A stretch of DNA of 64,000 bases from Myxococcota bacterium (GTDB taxonomy: Bacteria; Myxococcota_A; UBA9042; PHBI01; JAWLBL01). The stretch spans positions 318,983-382,982 of the forward strand of contig JAWLBL010000002.1 of the NCBI GenBank assembly GCA_041687695.1, given 5' to 3'. The number at the start of each line of letters is the position of its first letter. Positions within the stretch are counted from its first letter, which is position 1. The translations under genes and the position numbers were made by a program. Under the pieces are notes generated by a model. The model was given only the letters and a program-made list of their open reading frames with translations, did no database searches and was not told the origin of the DNA. Shown one piece after another: positions 1-9,407 of this stretch.

Positions 1-305
1 AGCGCCAGGATGCCCGTGGCGAGCAGGGGCGGCGCGAGCAGGTGCAGGCGCGTTCGGCTGAGGGCCCAGCAGGCGACCAGGAAGGCCGTGACCATCGCGG
101 CCAGGGTGTGATGGCTGCCCCAGCCGGGCCGCTCGATGGCGAGCAGCGTCCAGGTGACGACCAGCGCGGGGGCCGAGATGGCGAGCATGACGGCGCTGAC
201 CAGGCGGGCGCGGGTGGCCTGTGCGGGGTCGGTGAGGGTGGCCGAAGGGCGGGTCAACCGCTCGCCCAGCCGAGTGAGCCCGCGCGTCCAGGAGGTGTTG
301 GCCAT
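1..305 (-). CDS. Partial membrane protein (N-terminus only; runs off the window edge)
   Basis: ATG at 305 opens a frame with no stop to position 1: MANTSWTRGL...LVSAVMLAISAPALVVTWTLL...LAAMVTAFLVACWAL, with several hydrophobic segments and GC-rich third positions. Confidence 0.7.
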   Translation of the reverse strand, partial: MANTSWTRGLTRLGERLTRPSATLTDPAQATRARLVSAVMLAISAPALVVTWTLLAIERPGWGSHHTLAAMVTAFLVACWALSRTRLHLLAPPLLATGILA

Positions 306-415
306 CGTACCCTTGCGTCGAGGGGGTGGCGCCCCGGGTCCCCCCAGGGCCGCGGCATCCTAGCCGAAAGGGTGGCCATCGGGCGACCCGGCGAGCGCGT
401 GAGGCCGTTCGGATC

Positions 416-601
416 TCAGGTCGGGGGCGGGGGCGCGGTCGGCGCGCCGTCCGACTGTGCGGCGCCCTGGTTCGGCTGGGGCCGCGGCGCGGGGGCGGGA
501 GGGCCGAGCGGCTGGGTCACCTGGTCGATGCGGCGGCGCGTGCGGGGCCGGGGCGTCGGCTCGAGGACCATGAGGCGAGGCGATGGCGCGGTCTGGTTCA
601 T
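416..601 (-). CDS. Small Pro-rich hypothetical protein (61 aa)
   Basis: Strong RBS GGAGAGGAG just upstream of the ATG; a sigma54-like promoter lies about 45 nt upstream. Confidence 0.55.
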   Translation of the reverse strand: MNQTAPSPRLMVLEPTPRPRTRRRIDQVTQPLGPPAPAPRPQPNQGAAQSDGAPTAPPPPT

Positions 602-646
602 GGCGGTCTCCTCTCCGGCGAAGGGCCGGGAACGGAGCGGCCAATT

Positions 647-662
647 TGCAAACCGCTTGCCA
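647..662 (-). promoter_or_regulatory. Sigma54 (-24/-12) promoter
   Basis: Minus strand reads TGGCAAGCGGTTTGCA, with GG and GC exactly 12 nt apart, in an AT-richer intergenic patch. Confidence 0.7.
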
Positions 663-742
663 AAGCGCGAGGGGCCGCCGCGGCGCGGCCGTACGGGGCC
701 GGGGCTGCCGCGGGCGGGGCCTGTGGACCCCAGCGGGTGGGG

Positions 743-2008
743 TCAGAGGTGCGCGCCCAGCTGCCGGAGCGTCGCGTGGAAGCTGGGGAAGCTGGTCGCG
801 ATGGTCTCGGCGCCGTCGATGACGGTGCCCGGCGGCGCGACGAGCGACAGGAGCGTCGCGCACATGGCGATGCGGTGATCGCCGTGGGCATCGATGCGGC
901 CCGGGCGCAGCGGGCGGTCGGGATCGCCGTGGACGGTCAGGCCGTCGGGGCGCTCGTCGACCGGGACGCCGAACGAGCGCAGCATCTCGGCGGTCTTGGC
1001 GACCCGGTCCGACTCCTTGACCCGCAGCTCCTCGGCGTCGCGGATGTGGGTCGGCCCCGGGGCGCGCGAGGCGAGGGTCGCGACCAGCGGCAGCTCGTCG
1101 ATGGCGCGCACCGCGAGGTCGCCGCCGATGTCGACCGGGCCGAGGTCGGTGGACCTCACCGTGAGATCGGCGATGGGCTCGCCGTTGACCTCGCGCGCGT
1201 GGGTGCGGGTGACCGGCGCCCCCATGGCCTCGAGGACGTCGAGCAGGCCGGTGCGCGTCGGGTTGACGCCGATGCCGGTCAGGGTCACCTCGCTGCCCGG
1301 GACCAGCAGCGCGGCGCCCAGGGCGAAGGCCGCGCTGGAGAGATCGCCGGGCACCACCAGGGGCTTGGCGTGCGGGGGACGACCCAGGTAGGCCAGCATG
1401 CGCTCGGTGTGGTCGCGGCTGGGGCCGGGCTCGGTGACGCGCACCGGGCCGTCGGCCCACAGGCCCGCCAGCAGGATGGCGCTCTTGACCTGGGCGCTGG
1501 CCATCGGGGCGGCGTAGTCGATGGCCTTGAGCGGCCGGCGCCCGCGGACCCGCAGCGGGGCGAAGTCGCCGTCGCGGGCCTCGAGCACCTGCAGCCCCAT
1601 CGCGGCCAGCGGCCCGAGGACCCGCCGCATCGGGCGGCGCGACAGGCTGGCGTCGCCGACCAGGGTCGCCTCGAAGGGCTGCCCGGCCAGCACTCCCAGC
1701 ATCAGGCGCATCGTGGTGCCCGAGTTGCCGCAGTCGAGCGGCCCGTCCGGCGGCCGCAGCCCGTCGAGCCCCACGCCGTGGACCAGCGCACGGGTGCCGT
1801 CCTGCTCGATCTCGACCCCCATCGCCCGCAGGATCCGGGCCGTCGAGCGGTTGTCCTCGCCCGCTCCGAGCCCGGTGATCTCGACCGGGCCGTCACACAG
1901 CGCGCCGATCATCAGCGCGCGGTGGCCGATGCTCTTGTCGCCCGGGACCGTGGCGGTCCCACGCAGCGGGCCCTGCGCCGGGGCGCCTCCGGTCCGGTCG
2001 GCGGCCAT
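743..2008 (-). CDS. aroA: 3-phosphoshikimate 1-carboxyvinyltransferase (EPSP synthase)
   Basis: Motifs PGDKSIGHR, DCGNSGTTMRL, SAQVKSA, RDHTERML, ELRVKESDR, GDHRIAM. The ATG overlaps the hisC stop (TGATG). Confidence 0.95.
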   Translation of the reverse strand: MAADRTGGAPAQGPLRGTATVPGDKSIGHRALMIGALCDGPVEITGLGAGEDNRSTARILRAMGVEIEQDGTRALVHGVGLDGLRPPDGPLDCGNSGTTMRLMLGVLAGQPFEATLVGDASLSRRPMRRVLGPLAAMGLQVLEARDGDFAPLRVRGRRPLKAIDYAAPMASAQVKSAILLAGLWADGPVRVTEPGPSRDHTERMLAYLGRPPHAKPLVVPGDLSSAAFALGAALLVPGSEVTLTGIGVNPTRTGLLDVLEAMGAPVTRTHAREVNGEPIADLTVRSTDLGPVDIGGDLAVRAIDELPLVATLASRAPGPTHIRDAEELRVKESDRVAKTAEMLRSFGVPVDERPDGLTVHGDPDRPLRPGRIDAHGDHRIAMCATLLSLVAPPGTVIDGAETIATSFPSFHATLRQLGAHL

Positions 2009-3123
2009 CAGGCGACCGCGCAGGCGTCGAGCGCCTCGAGGAAGCGCTGGTTCTGCTCGGGCGTGCCGACCGTGACGCGCAGCGTCGTCGGCAGGCCGTA
2101 GCTGGCCATCGGCCGCACGATGACGCCCTGGCGCATGAGCGCCTGGTACAGCGGGCCGGTGTCGCGCCCGAAGTCGGCCAGCAGGAAGTTGGCCTGGCTG
2201 GGGACGACCGTCACCCCGCGCCGCTCCAGCTCGCGCGTCACCAGGGCCATGCCCTCGCGGTTGAGGCGGACCACCTCGGCCAGGTACTCGCGGTCCTCGA
2301 GGGCGGCGACGCCGGCGACGAGCGCCAGGTTGCTGACGTTGAAGGGCTGGCGGACGCGGTTGACGTAGTCGACGATGTCGGCGGACGCGAAGCCGTAGCC
2401 CAGGCGGACGCCGGCGAGGCCGTAGGCCTTGGAGAAGGTGCGGAGGACCACCGTGCGCGGGCGCGTGCGCACCCAGGTCACCCCCTCGGGGTAGTCGGGG
2501 GCGTCGACGTACTCGTAGTAGGCCTCGTCGAGCACGAGGATCGGCGGGTCGTCGCCGCAGCGCGCGTCCATGCCGGCGACGAAGCGCTCGAGGGCGTCCG
2601 CCGTCACATAGGTGCCGGTGGGGTTGTTGGGGTTGGCGATGAAGACGAGGCGCGTGTTGGAGTCGATGCGCTCGAGCATCGCGTCGAGATCGTAGCCGCG
2701 GTCGGGACCGAGGGGCGCCTCGCGCAGCTCGCGGCCGCAGGCCTGCATGATGAGCTTGTAGACGATGAAGGTCGACGCGCTGGTGACCGCGTTGAGGCCC
2801 GGCGGGCTCATGAAGGTGCGGATGAGCAGCTCGATGAGCTCGTTGGAGCCGTTGCCGAGCAAAATCTCGGAGCGGCTGAAGCCGAAGCGCTCGCCCAGGG
2901 CCCCCTTCAGGTAGTAGCCGCCGCCGTCGGGGTACAGGTTGAGCCCGTCCATGGCCCGCTTCATCGCCTCGACCGCGCGCGGCGAGGGCCCGAGCGGGTT
3001 CTCGTTCGACGCGAGCTTGATGCAATCGGCGACGCCCAGCTCCCGCTGCACCTCTTCGATGGGCTTGCCGGGCGGGTAGGGCGCGAGGCTCGCGATGTGG
3101 TCGGCGACGAGCGGACGGGTCAT
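2008..3123 (-). CDS. hisC: Histidinol-phosphate aminotransferase
   Basis: Motifs KLASNENPLG, GNGSNE, NPNNPTG, DEAYYEY and RTFSKAYGLAGVRLGY (PLP lysine). Confidence 0.95.
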   Translation of the reverse strand: MTRPLVADHIASLAPYPPGKPIEEVQRELGVADCIKLASNENPLGPSPRAVEAMKRAMDGLNLYPDGGGYYLKGALGERFGFSRSEILLGNGSNELIELLIRTFMSPPGLNAVTSASTFIVYKLIMQACGRELREAPLGPDRGYDLDAMLERIDSNTRLVFIANPNNPTGTYVTADALERFVAGMDARCGDDPPILVLDEAYYEYVDAPDYPEGVTWVRTRPRTVVLRTFSKAYGLAGVRLGYGFASADIVDYVNRVRQPFNVSNLALVAGVAALEDREYLAEVVRLNREGMALVTRELERRGVTVVPSQANFLLADFGRDTGPLYQALMRQGVIVRPMASYGLPTTLRVTVGTPEQNQRFLEALDACAVA

Positions 3124-3229
3124 GACGGGGTCTCCGAGGCGGACGCAACTGCGCGGCGGGCGTCGCGACGGGCGCCGCGGGCCGTTACCTACAAGGCATC
3201 GCCGCGGCGCGCAAGGTCCCGCCGGCGGC

Positions 3230-4396
3230 TCAGGAGCAGGTGCCGCAGCCGAAGCTCACGACCTCGTCGCCGCACAGGCCGTCCCAGGCCGTGCAGCAGT
3301 AGTCGTCGCCCGCGCACACGCAGGCGCGAATCGCGCTGTCGCTGCACGTCACCTCGCCGCAGCAGTCGCCGCCGGGCGGACCGCCGCATGGGCCGCAGTC
3401 GAAGCTGCACGTCTCGCAGTCCTCGTCCCAGGCGCAGGTCCCGTCGCCGCAGCCCCCGCCGCAGGGGCCGCAGTCGGTCGGACAGGTCTCGCAGTCCTCG
3501 GTCCAGTCGCAGGTCCCGTCGCCGCAGCCGGGGCACGTGCCGCAGTCGGCCGGGCAGCTGCCGCAGGTCTCGCCGCCGGTGCACTGGAAGTCGCCGCAGG
3601 TGGGGCCGCACGGGCCGCAGTCGTTCGCGCAGGACGAGCAGGTCTCGCCGCCGTTGCACTGCCCGTCGCCGCAGGTGGGGCCGCAGGCGCCGCAGTCGCT
3701 CGGGCACGACGCGCACGTCTCGCCGCCGACGCACTCTCCGTCGCCGCACACCGGGCTGCACGCCCCGCAGTCGTTCGGGCACGACGCGCACGTCTCGCCG
3801 CCGACGCACTCTCCGTCGCCGCACACCGGGCTGCACGCCCCGCAGTCGTTCGGGCAGCTCTGGCACGTCTCGCCGAAGGCGCACTCTCCGTCGCCGCACC
3901 CGGGCGGGCACGCGCCGCAGTCGGCCGGGCAGCTCGCGCAGCTCTCGGCGCCGGCGCACTCGCCGTCGCCGCACGCGTCGGCCCCGCAGCCCGCGATGGG
4001 CGTCCCGGCGCACAGCCCCGCGACGCACTGGTCGTCCTGCGTGCACGGCTGCCCGTCGTCGCAGGCGGCGCCCGTGTCCGACGGGGTGACGACGCACTCG
4101 CCCGCGACCGGGTCGCACGCCACCGAGCGACAGGCGCCGACGAACGCGACGCAGTCGTCGTCCTGCTCGCACGCGACGGGTGTGATCGCCTGATCGCCCG
4201 CCTGAGTCGCGTCCGTGCCCTGCTTGACGTCGCCGGTCTCGACGTCCTGCAGCCAGTACCCGCCGCCGCCCCCGCTGCCGGGGGAGCCGCAGGCCGCCAT
4301 CGCCAGGGCGAGGGCGCCAGCGAAGGCGAGGGTGCCAGCAAGGGTGCGCGCCTGGACGCGCGAGCGCGCAAAGACCGCGCGACGCCGGACCTTCAT
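3230..4396 (-). CDS. Cys-rich repeat lipoprotein
   Basis: Lipobox MAAC followed by about 8 repeats of CGDGxC-x3-E-x-C-xx-CPxDCG. Confidence 0.85.
   Translation of the reverse strand: MKVRRRAVFARSRVQARTLAGTLAFAGALALAMAACGSPGSGGGGGYWLQDVETGDVKQGTDATQAGDQAITPVACEQDDDCVAFVGACRSVACDPVAGECVVTPSDTGAACDDGQPCTQDDQCVAGLCAGTPIAGCGADACGDGECAGAESCASCPADCGACPPGCGDGECAFGETCQSCPNDCGACSPVCGDGECVGGETCASCPNDCGACSPVCGDGECVGGETCASCPSDCGACGPTCGDGQCNGGETCSSCANDCGPCGPTCGDFQCTGGETCGSCPADCGTCPGCGDGTCDWTEDCETCPTDCGPCGGGCGDGTCAWDEDCETCSFDCGPCGGPPGGDCCGEVTCSDSAIRACVCAGDDYCCTAWDGLCGDEVVSFGCGTCS
3700..3856. repeat. Perfect 75-bp tandem duplication within the Cys-rich gene
   Basis: 3700-3774 equals 3775-3849, plus a partial third copy; encodes a 25-aa repeat. 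Confidence 0.9.
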
Positions 4397-4640
4397 GGGC
4401 TTGTCTCCTTGGGCGAAACACCCTGCGTGTGGGCCGGCCGGGGCGGTTGCCCTCGGGCCGAAGGCGCGAGATGCTGCAGGCGCGATCCGCCCGAGTCAAC
4501 CCTCGATGCGGATTTCGCTTGATTCGAACGGGCGCGCCGCGTAAAGGGCGCCCCTTCGATTCCATCCACCCGATGCCATAGCCGCGCGCCGCGCGCCGTC
4601 GTCGACGGCCACCGAGGGCGCACGGGCGAGGTCGTTCTCC

Positions 4641-7600
4641 ATGTCCCTGGTCTTCAAGGCAGATAGGTTCCCATTCGCCGGCGGCGCCACCGCGCTCGCC
4701 CTGACCCTCGCCCTGACCGCCGGCGCCTGCGGCGACGACGCGCAGACCGTCGACGGCGAGGTCTTCCCCGACGCGCAGTTCGTCGACACCGTCGCCGACA
4801 CCGCCGGGCCCGACGCGCCGGGCCCCGACGCCGACGACGACGCCAAGACGGCCGACGTCGCCGAGCCGCCCGACGCGACGCCCGACACCGGCGGCCCCGA
4901 CGCCGTGGGGCCGCTCTGCAAGACCAACACCGACTGCCAGGACGCCTTCGACGCGATCCCCACCTGCCAGATCGCCAGCTGCAACGTCGGCACCGGCACG
5001 TGCCAGTTGGTCGCCGCCGAGGCGGGGACCTCCTGCGACGACGGCGACCCCTGCACGACCGGCGACGTCTGCGCCGCGGGCAGCTGCGCGGGCGAGGCCA
5101 AGGTGTGCGACGACGACAACCCCTGCACGGACGACGCCTGCGAGGCGGGCGCCGGCAAGTGCGTGTTCACGCCCAACACCCAGCCGTGCAACGACGGCAG
5201 CCCGTGCACGACGGGCGACGTCTGCGCCGACGGCGTCTGCACCGGCGCGCCGAACCCCGCCTGCCAGTGCGAGGAGAACGCCGACTGCGCCCAGTTCGAG
5301 GACGCCGACCTGTGCAACGGCACGCTGATCTGCGTGGCCAACGAGTGCGTCGTCGACCCGGCGACCGTCGTGACGTGCGACGCGGAGCTGGCCGGCGAGT
5401 GCCAGGTCGTCGCCTGCGACCCCGAGACCGGCACCTGTGAGGCGGGGCCGGCGGCCGAGGGGTCGGCCTGCAGCGACAACAGCGCCTGCACCAAGCAGGA
5501 CAAGTGCGTGGCGGGCGTCTGCAAGGGCCAGACGGTCGTGTGCGACGACGACAACGCCTGCACCGACGACACCTGCGCGCCGGCGACCGGGTGCGTGTTC
5601 ACGCCGAACACGGCGCCGTGCGACGACGGGGACCCGTGCACCAAGGACGACACCTGCGCGGGCGGCGCCTGCATGGGCGAGGTGAACGAAGCCTGCGAGT
5701 GCCTGGTCGACGCGGACTGCGCGGCCAACGAGGACGGCGACCTGTGCAACGGCACGCTGGTCTGCCAGGACGGGCAGTGCGTGGTCGACGCCGCGACCGT
5801 GGTGACCTGCACGGGCTCCGCGGGCGCGTGCAACGAGCTGCGCTGCGAGAAGACGACCGGGCAGTGCGTGACCAAGCCGGTGCTCGACGGGGCCAGCTGC
5901 GACGACGGCAGCGCCTGCACGAAGAACGACCACTGCGAGAGCGGGGCGTGCGTCGGGGCGGCGGTGGCGTGCTCGGACGAGGACCCCTGCACCGATGACG
6001 ACTGCGACCCGGCCAGCGGGTGCGTGTACGCCCCGGCGACGGGCGCGCCGTGCGACGACGGCAACGCCTGCACCAGCGGCGACCAGTGCGTCGCGGGCGT
6101 CTGCCAGGGCGAGCTCGAGGTGGGCTGCGGCTGCGAGACGACCGAGGACTGCGCGCCGCTCGAGGACGGCGACGCGTGCAACGGGACGCTGGCGTGCGTG
6201 GACGGCGAGTGCGTCGTGGCGCCGGGGTCGGTCGTGACCTGCTCGCAGACGGGGCTGGGCCCGTGCTTGGTCAACACCTGCGACCCGGACACGGGCGCGT
6301 GCAACAAGATCCCGCGTCCGAACGGCGAGAGCTGCGACGACGGCAGCGTCTGCACCACCGACGACGTGTGCGCGGCCGGCGTGTGCAAGGGCAAGGACAA
6401 GAGCTGCGACGACGGCAACCTGTGCACGACCGACAGCTGCGACGCCGCGGTCGGGTGCAAGCACGCGTTCAACTCCGTGGCCTGTGACGACGGCAACGAC
6501 TGCACGTCGGGCGACGTGTGCAAGCAGGGCACCTGCGGCGGCACGCCCATCCCCGAGTGCGTCTGCGCGACGACCGCGGACTGCGCGCAGTTCGAGGACG
6601 GCAACGCGTGCAACGGCACGCTGGTCTGCAGCGCCGGCAAGTGCGTGGTCGACCCGGCGACGGTCGTGACCTGCGCGCCGGCGGCGGACGCCTGCAGCGC
6701 CAACACCTGCGACCCGGCGACGGGGCAGTGCGGGCTGGTCCCGGCGACCGACGGCAAGCCCTGCGACGACGGGGACGCCTGCACGACCGGCGACGCGTGC
6801 AGCGCGGGCGCCTGCACGTCGACGGGGACGCTGGCCTGCGACGACGGCAACCCCTGCACGACCGACAGCTGCAAGGCCGACTTCGGCTGCGTGACCGCGC
6901 CGAACGACGCGGCCTGCGACGACGGCGACCCGTGCACGGGCGGCGACACCTGCGCCGAGGGCGTCTGCCAGCCGGGCAACGAGAGCCTGTGCGCCAGCGG
7001 CTGCCAGGCCCAGTGGACGCTGACCTGCGGCAGCAGCGACAGCTGGAACACCGGCTACTTCGACGCCACCGACGAGCTGACCAGCTACGGCTGCAACTCC
7101 TTCGAGTACCCGGGCGGCGAGTACACCTACCTGTTCAACGCGCCCTACGACGGCACCTTCAAGGTCACCCTCAGCAACGAGGAGACCTTCACCGACGTCA
7201 TGATCCTCGCCGGCGGCGACGAGGGCTGCCAGCCCGACGCGTGCGTCAACTACGGCTTCTCGTCGGCCACCGAGGCGATGGAGCAGGGCGAGGTGTTCTA
7301 CCTGGTGGTCGACGGCTACCTGGACGAAGACGGCGGCTACACCATCAAGGTCGACTGCACGCCGGCCACCGAGTCGGTCTGCGACGACGGCAAGGACGAC
7401 GACGCCGACGGGCTGACCGACTGCGCCGACTCCGACTGCGCCGAGGCCGCGGCCTGCCAGGAGCCGCAGTGCGAGCCCGCCTGGGTGCTGTCCTGCGGCA
7501 GCACCGACAGCTGGAGCAACTACGGCTTCGGCTCGACCGACGTGCTGGAGACCTACTCGTGCAGCGGGTGGCCGTACCCGGGCCCCGAGTACACCTACAG

Positions 7601-8312
7601 CTTCGTCTCCAGCGTCACCGGCGACGTGACGATCTCCCTGACGGGCGAGTCGGCGTCGACCGACGTGATGGTCCTGCAGGGCGGCTCCGGCTGCTTCGCG
7701 TCGGCCTGTCTGGCCTACGGGTTCTCGTCGGTGACCTTCTCGGCCGTCGAGGGCGAGACGTACTTCGTCGTGGTCGACGGCTACAACGGCGCCGAGGGCA
7801 CCTACACCATCAGCGTGGCGTGCCCGGCCGCGGCCGAGGCGGTCTGCGACGACGGCCTCGACGACGACGAGGACGGCCTCGTGGACTGCGAGGACCCGGA
7901 CTGCTTCGGGGCGTCGGCCGCTTGCCAGCCGGCCTGCGTGCCGGACACCGATCTCGCCGCGGCGATGACCTGCCCCAGCGACGTCGACTCCTGGTCGAAC
8001 GACGGCGCCGGCTCGACCAACGTGGTCGACGGCTACGGCTGCAACAGCTTCGCCTACACCGGCCCCGAGTACGTCTACACCTACGTCGCGACGACCGACA
8101 CCTCGGTCACCGTGACCCTCAGCGACGAGTCGGCCGAGACGGACGTCCTGGTCCTCGAGGACAAGGGCCTGGGCTGCAACCCGGCCAGCTGCCTGACCGA
8201 CGGCCTGAGCTCGGCGACCTTCCAGGCGACGGCCGGCAAGACCTACTACATCGTCGTCGACGGGTACGAGGGCGCCAGCGGCGACTACGTCCTGGACTTC
8301 ACCTGCGAGTAG
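4641..8312 (+). CDS. Large Cys-rich surface lipoprotein with CDDGxxCTxDxC repeats and three C-terminal PPC-like beta domains
   Basis: Lipobox AGAC, acidic linker, many CDDG(N/D)xCT repeats, and three copies of a PG(G/P)EY...(Y/F)xVVDGY.G..G.Y domain separated by CDDGxDDDxDGLxDC motifs. Confidence 0.85.
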   Translation: MSLVFKADRFPFAGGATALALTLALTAGACGDDAQTVDGEVFPDAQFVDTVADTAGPDAPGPDADDDAKTADVAEPPDATPDTGGPDAVGPLCKTNTDCQDAFDAIPTCQIASCNVGTGTCQLVAAEAGTSCDDGDPCTTGDVCAAGSCAGEAKVCDDDNPCTDDACEAGAGKCVFTPNTQPCNDGSPCTTGDVCADGVCTGAPNPACQCEENADCAQFEDADLCNGTLICVANECVVDPATVVTCDAELAGECQVVACDPETGTCEAGPAAEGSACSDNSACTKQDKCVAGVCKGQTVVCDDDNACTDDTCAPATGCVFTPNTAPCDDGDPCTKDDTCAGGACMGEVNEACECLVDADCAANEDGDLCNGTLVCQDGQCVVDAATVVTCTGSAGACNELRCEKTTGQCVTKPVLDGASCDDGSACTKNDHCESGACVGAAVACSDEDPCTDDDCDPASGCVYAPATGAPCDDGNACTSGDQCVAGVCQGELEVGCGCETTEDCAPLEDGDACNGTLACVDGECVVAPGSVVTCSQTGLGPCLVNTCDPDTGACNKIPRPNGESCDDGSVCTTDDVCAAGVCKGKDKSCDDGNLCTTDSCDAAVGCKHAFNSVACDDGNDCTSGDVCKQGTCGGTPIPECVCATTADCAQFEDGNACNGTLVCSAGKCVVDPATVVTCAPAADACSANTCDPATGQCGLVPATDGKPCDDGDACTTGDACSAGACTSTGTLACDDGNPCTTDSCKADFGCVTAPNDAACDDGDPCTGGDTCAEGVCQPGNESLCASGCQAQWTLTCGSSDSWNTGYFDATDELTSYGCNSFEYPGGEYTYLFNAPYDGTFKVTLSNEETFTDVMILAGGDEGCQPDACVNYGFSSATEAMEQGEVFYLVVDGYLDEDGGYTIKVDCTPATESVCDDGKDDDADGLTDCADSDCAEAAACQEPQCEPAWVLSCGSTDSWSNYGFGSTDVLETYSCSGWPYPGPEYTYSFVSSVTGDVTISLTGESASTDVMVLQGGSGCFASACLAYGFSSVTFSAVEGETYFVVVDGYNGAEGTYTISVACPAAAEAVCDDGLDDDEDGLVDCEDPDCFGASAACQPACVPDTDLAAAMTCPSDVDSWSNDGAGSTNVVDGYGCNSFAYTGPEYVYTYVATTDTSVTVTLSDESAETDVLVLEDKGLGCNPASCLTDGLSSATFQATAGKTYYIVVDGYEGASGDYVLDFTCE

Positions 8313-8325
8313 GCCGATGACCCGC

Positions 8326-8361
8326 GGCGCGGGGCGCTCGATTGTCCGAGCGCTCCGCGCC
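8326..8361 (+). terminator. Strong hairpin downstream of the Cys-rich gene (no U-tract)
   Basis: GGCGCGGGGCGCTCG-attgtc-CGAGCGCTCCGCGCC, a 15-bp stem with one G-U pair. Confidence 0.4.
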
Positions 8362-8399
8362 TGCCATCATCCCCGGAGGCAAGCTCCAGGAGGTGGCGC

Positions 8400-9404
8400 G
8401 TGGGTGCGACGAGGTGGGCGCTGGCGGCGGGCGTGATGGCGGGCCTGACCGCCTGCGGCGGGACCGGGCTGAACCCCGATCAGGCCATCTTCGAGGCGAT
8501 CGCCATCGCCAAGCGGGCCAAGCAGGGGCGAGCGGCCAGCGCGCCGGTCGCGGGGCCGGCCGAGCTGCGCGCGCCCGAGGAGGCGACGTGCCCGCTCGGG
8601 CTGGTGGTGACCGCCGACGCGCCGGACGTGGTGTGCCAGTGCCCCGGGCAGCACGCGACCCAGGTGGTCTTCGAGAAGGGGCGGTGCGAGGCGCTCGAGG
8701 CCCTCGAGGGCCGGCTGCCGTGCCCCGAGGGCGCGCGGGCCGTGGCCGATCCGGAGCGGGTCAGCCTGTGGTGCGAGCGCGCGGACGGCACGCTGGACGG
8801 GCCGACCGTGCAGTACTGGCCGTACGGGCCGCCGCGCCTGGCCGGGTACTACTTCGGCGGGCGGCGCGAGGGCACGACGGTCGGGTGGCACGCCAACGGG
8901 CGGCGGCACTGGGTCGGCGAGCTGGTCGACGGGGCGCCGGACGGGGGCTGGGATTGGTTCGACGCCGAGGGGCGGCCGGTCGGGTCGGTCGAGCTGGTCG
9001 GCGGCTCGGGGGCCTGGGTCGAGTGGGGGCCCGGGGGCGAGAAGCTGATGGAGGGCGCCTACCTGGACGGCAAGCGCCACGGGCAGTGGCAGGTGTGGGG
9101 GCGCGACGGGCGGGTCGTCGGGACCAACACGCTCGAGCGAGGCACCGGGACGTGGCGGCAGTGGGACGAGGCCGGTCGGCTGGTCAGCGAGGCGACGCTG
9201 GTCGGGGACGTGCACGACGGGCCGTTCAAGGCCTGGGACGCGGACGGCTCGCTCGAGGGGATCTTCGCCCAGGGGGTGCGGGTCGGCCGGTGGCTGCAGC
9301 GCGACCCGGGCGGCGCGCTGTTGGCGGGGGCCTGCTATCGGGCGGGGCAGCAAGTGTGGCTGGCCGAGGGGGCCGACGAGGCGACGACGCGGCCCTGCCC
9401 GTGA
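8400..9404 (+). CDS. MORN-variant (YwqK-like) repeat lipoprotein
   Basis: Lipobox LTAC; repeated G.Y..G.R.G.W..W...G units; RBS GGAGG upstream of the GTG. Confidence 0.8.
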   Translation: MGATRWALAAGVMAGLTACGGTGLNPDQAIFEAIAIAKRAKQGRAASAPVAGPAELRAPEEATCPLGLVVTADAPDVVCQCPGQHATQVVFEKGRCEALEALEGRLPCPEGARAVADPERVSLWCERADGTLDGPTVQYWPYGPPRLAGYYFGGRREGTTVGWHANGRRHWVGELVDGAPDGGWDWFDAEGRPVGSVELVGGSGAWVEWGPGGEKLMEGAYLDGKRHGQWQVWGRDGRVVGTNTLERGTGTWRQWDEAGRLVSEATLVGDVHDGPFKAWDADGSLEGIFAQGVRVGRWLQRDPGGALLAGACYRAGQQVWLAEGADEATTRPCP

Positions 9405-9407
9405 GGC

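Noticed and set aside
743..3148. 801-aa HisC-AroA fusion suggested by the ORF track
   Set aside because: The upstream part of that frame is a shadow of hisC; hisC stops at 2008-2010 and aroA starts at 2008 in another frame.
3189..7051. Long antisense and alternate-frame ORFs (e.g. 3189-6464, 4496-7051, and many Arg/Pro/Gly-rich ORFs across the window)
   Set aside because: Shadow frames caused by stop-codon scarcity at high GC; they overlap better-supported genes and lack motifs.
8400..9404. Toxin-antitoxin system implied by YwqK-like repeats
   Set aside because: No adjacent toxin domain is recognisable; MORN-variant repeats alone do not establish a TA pair.
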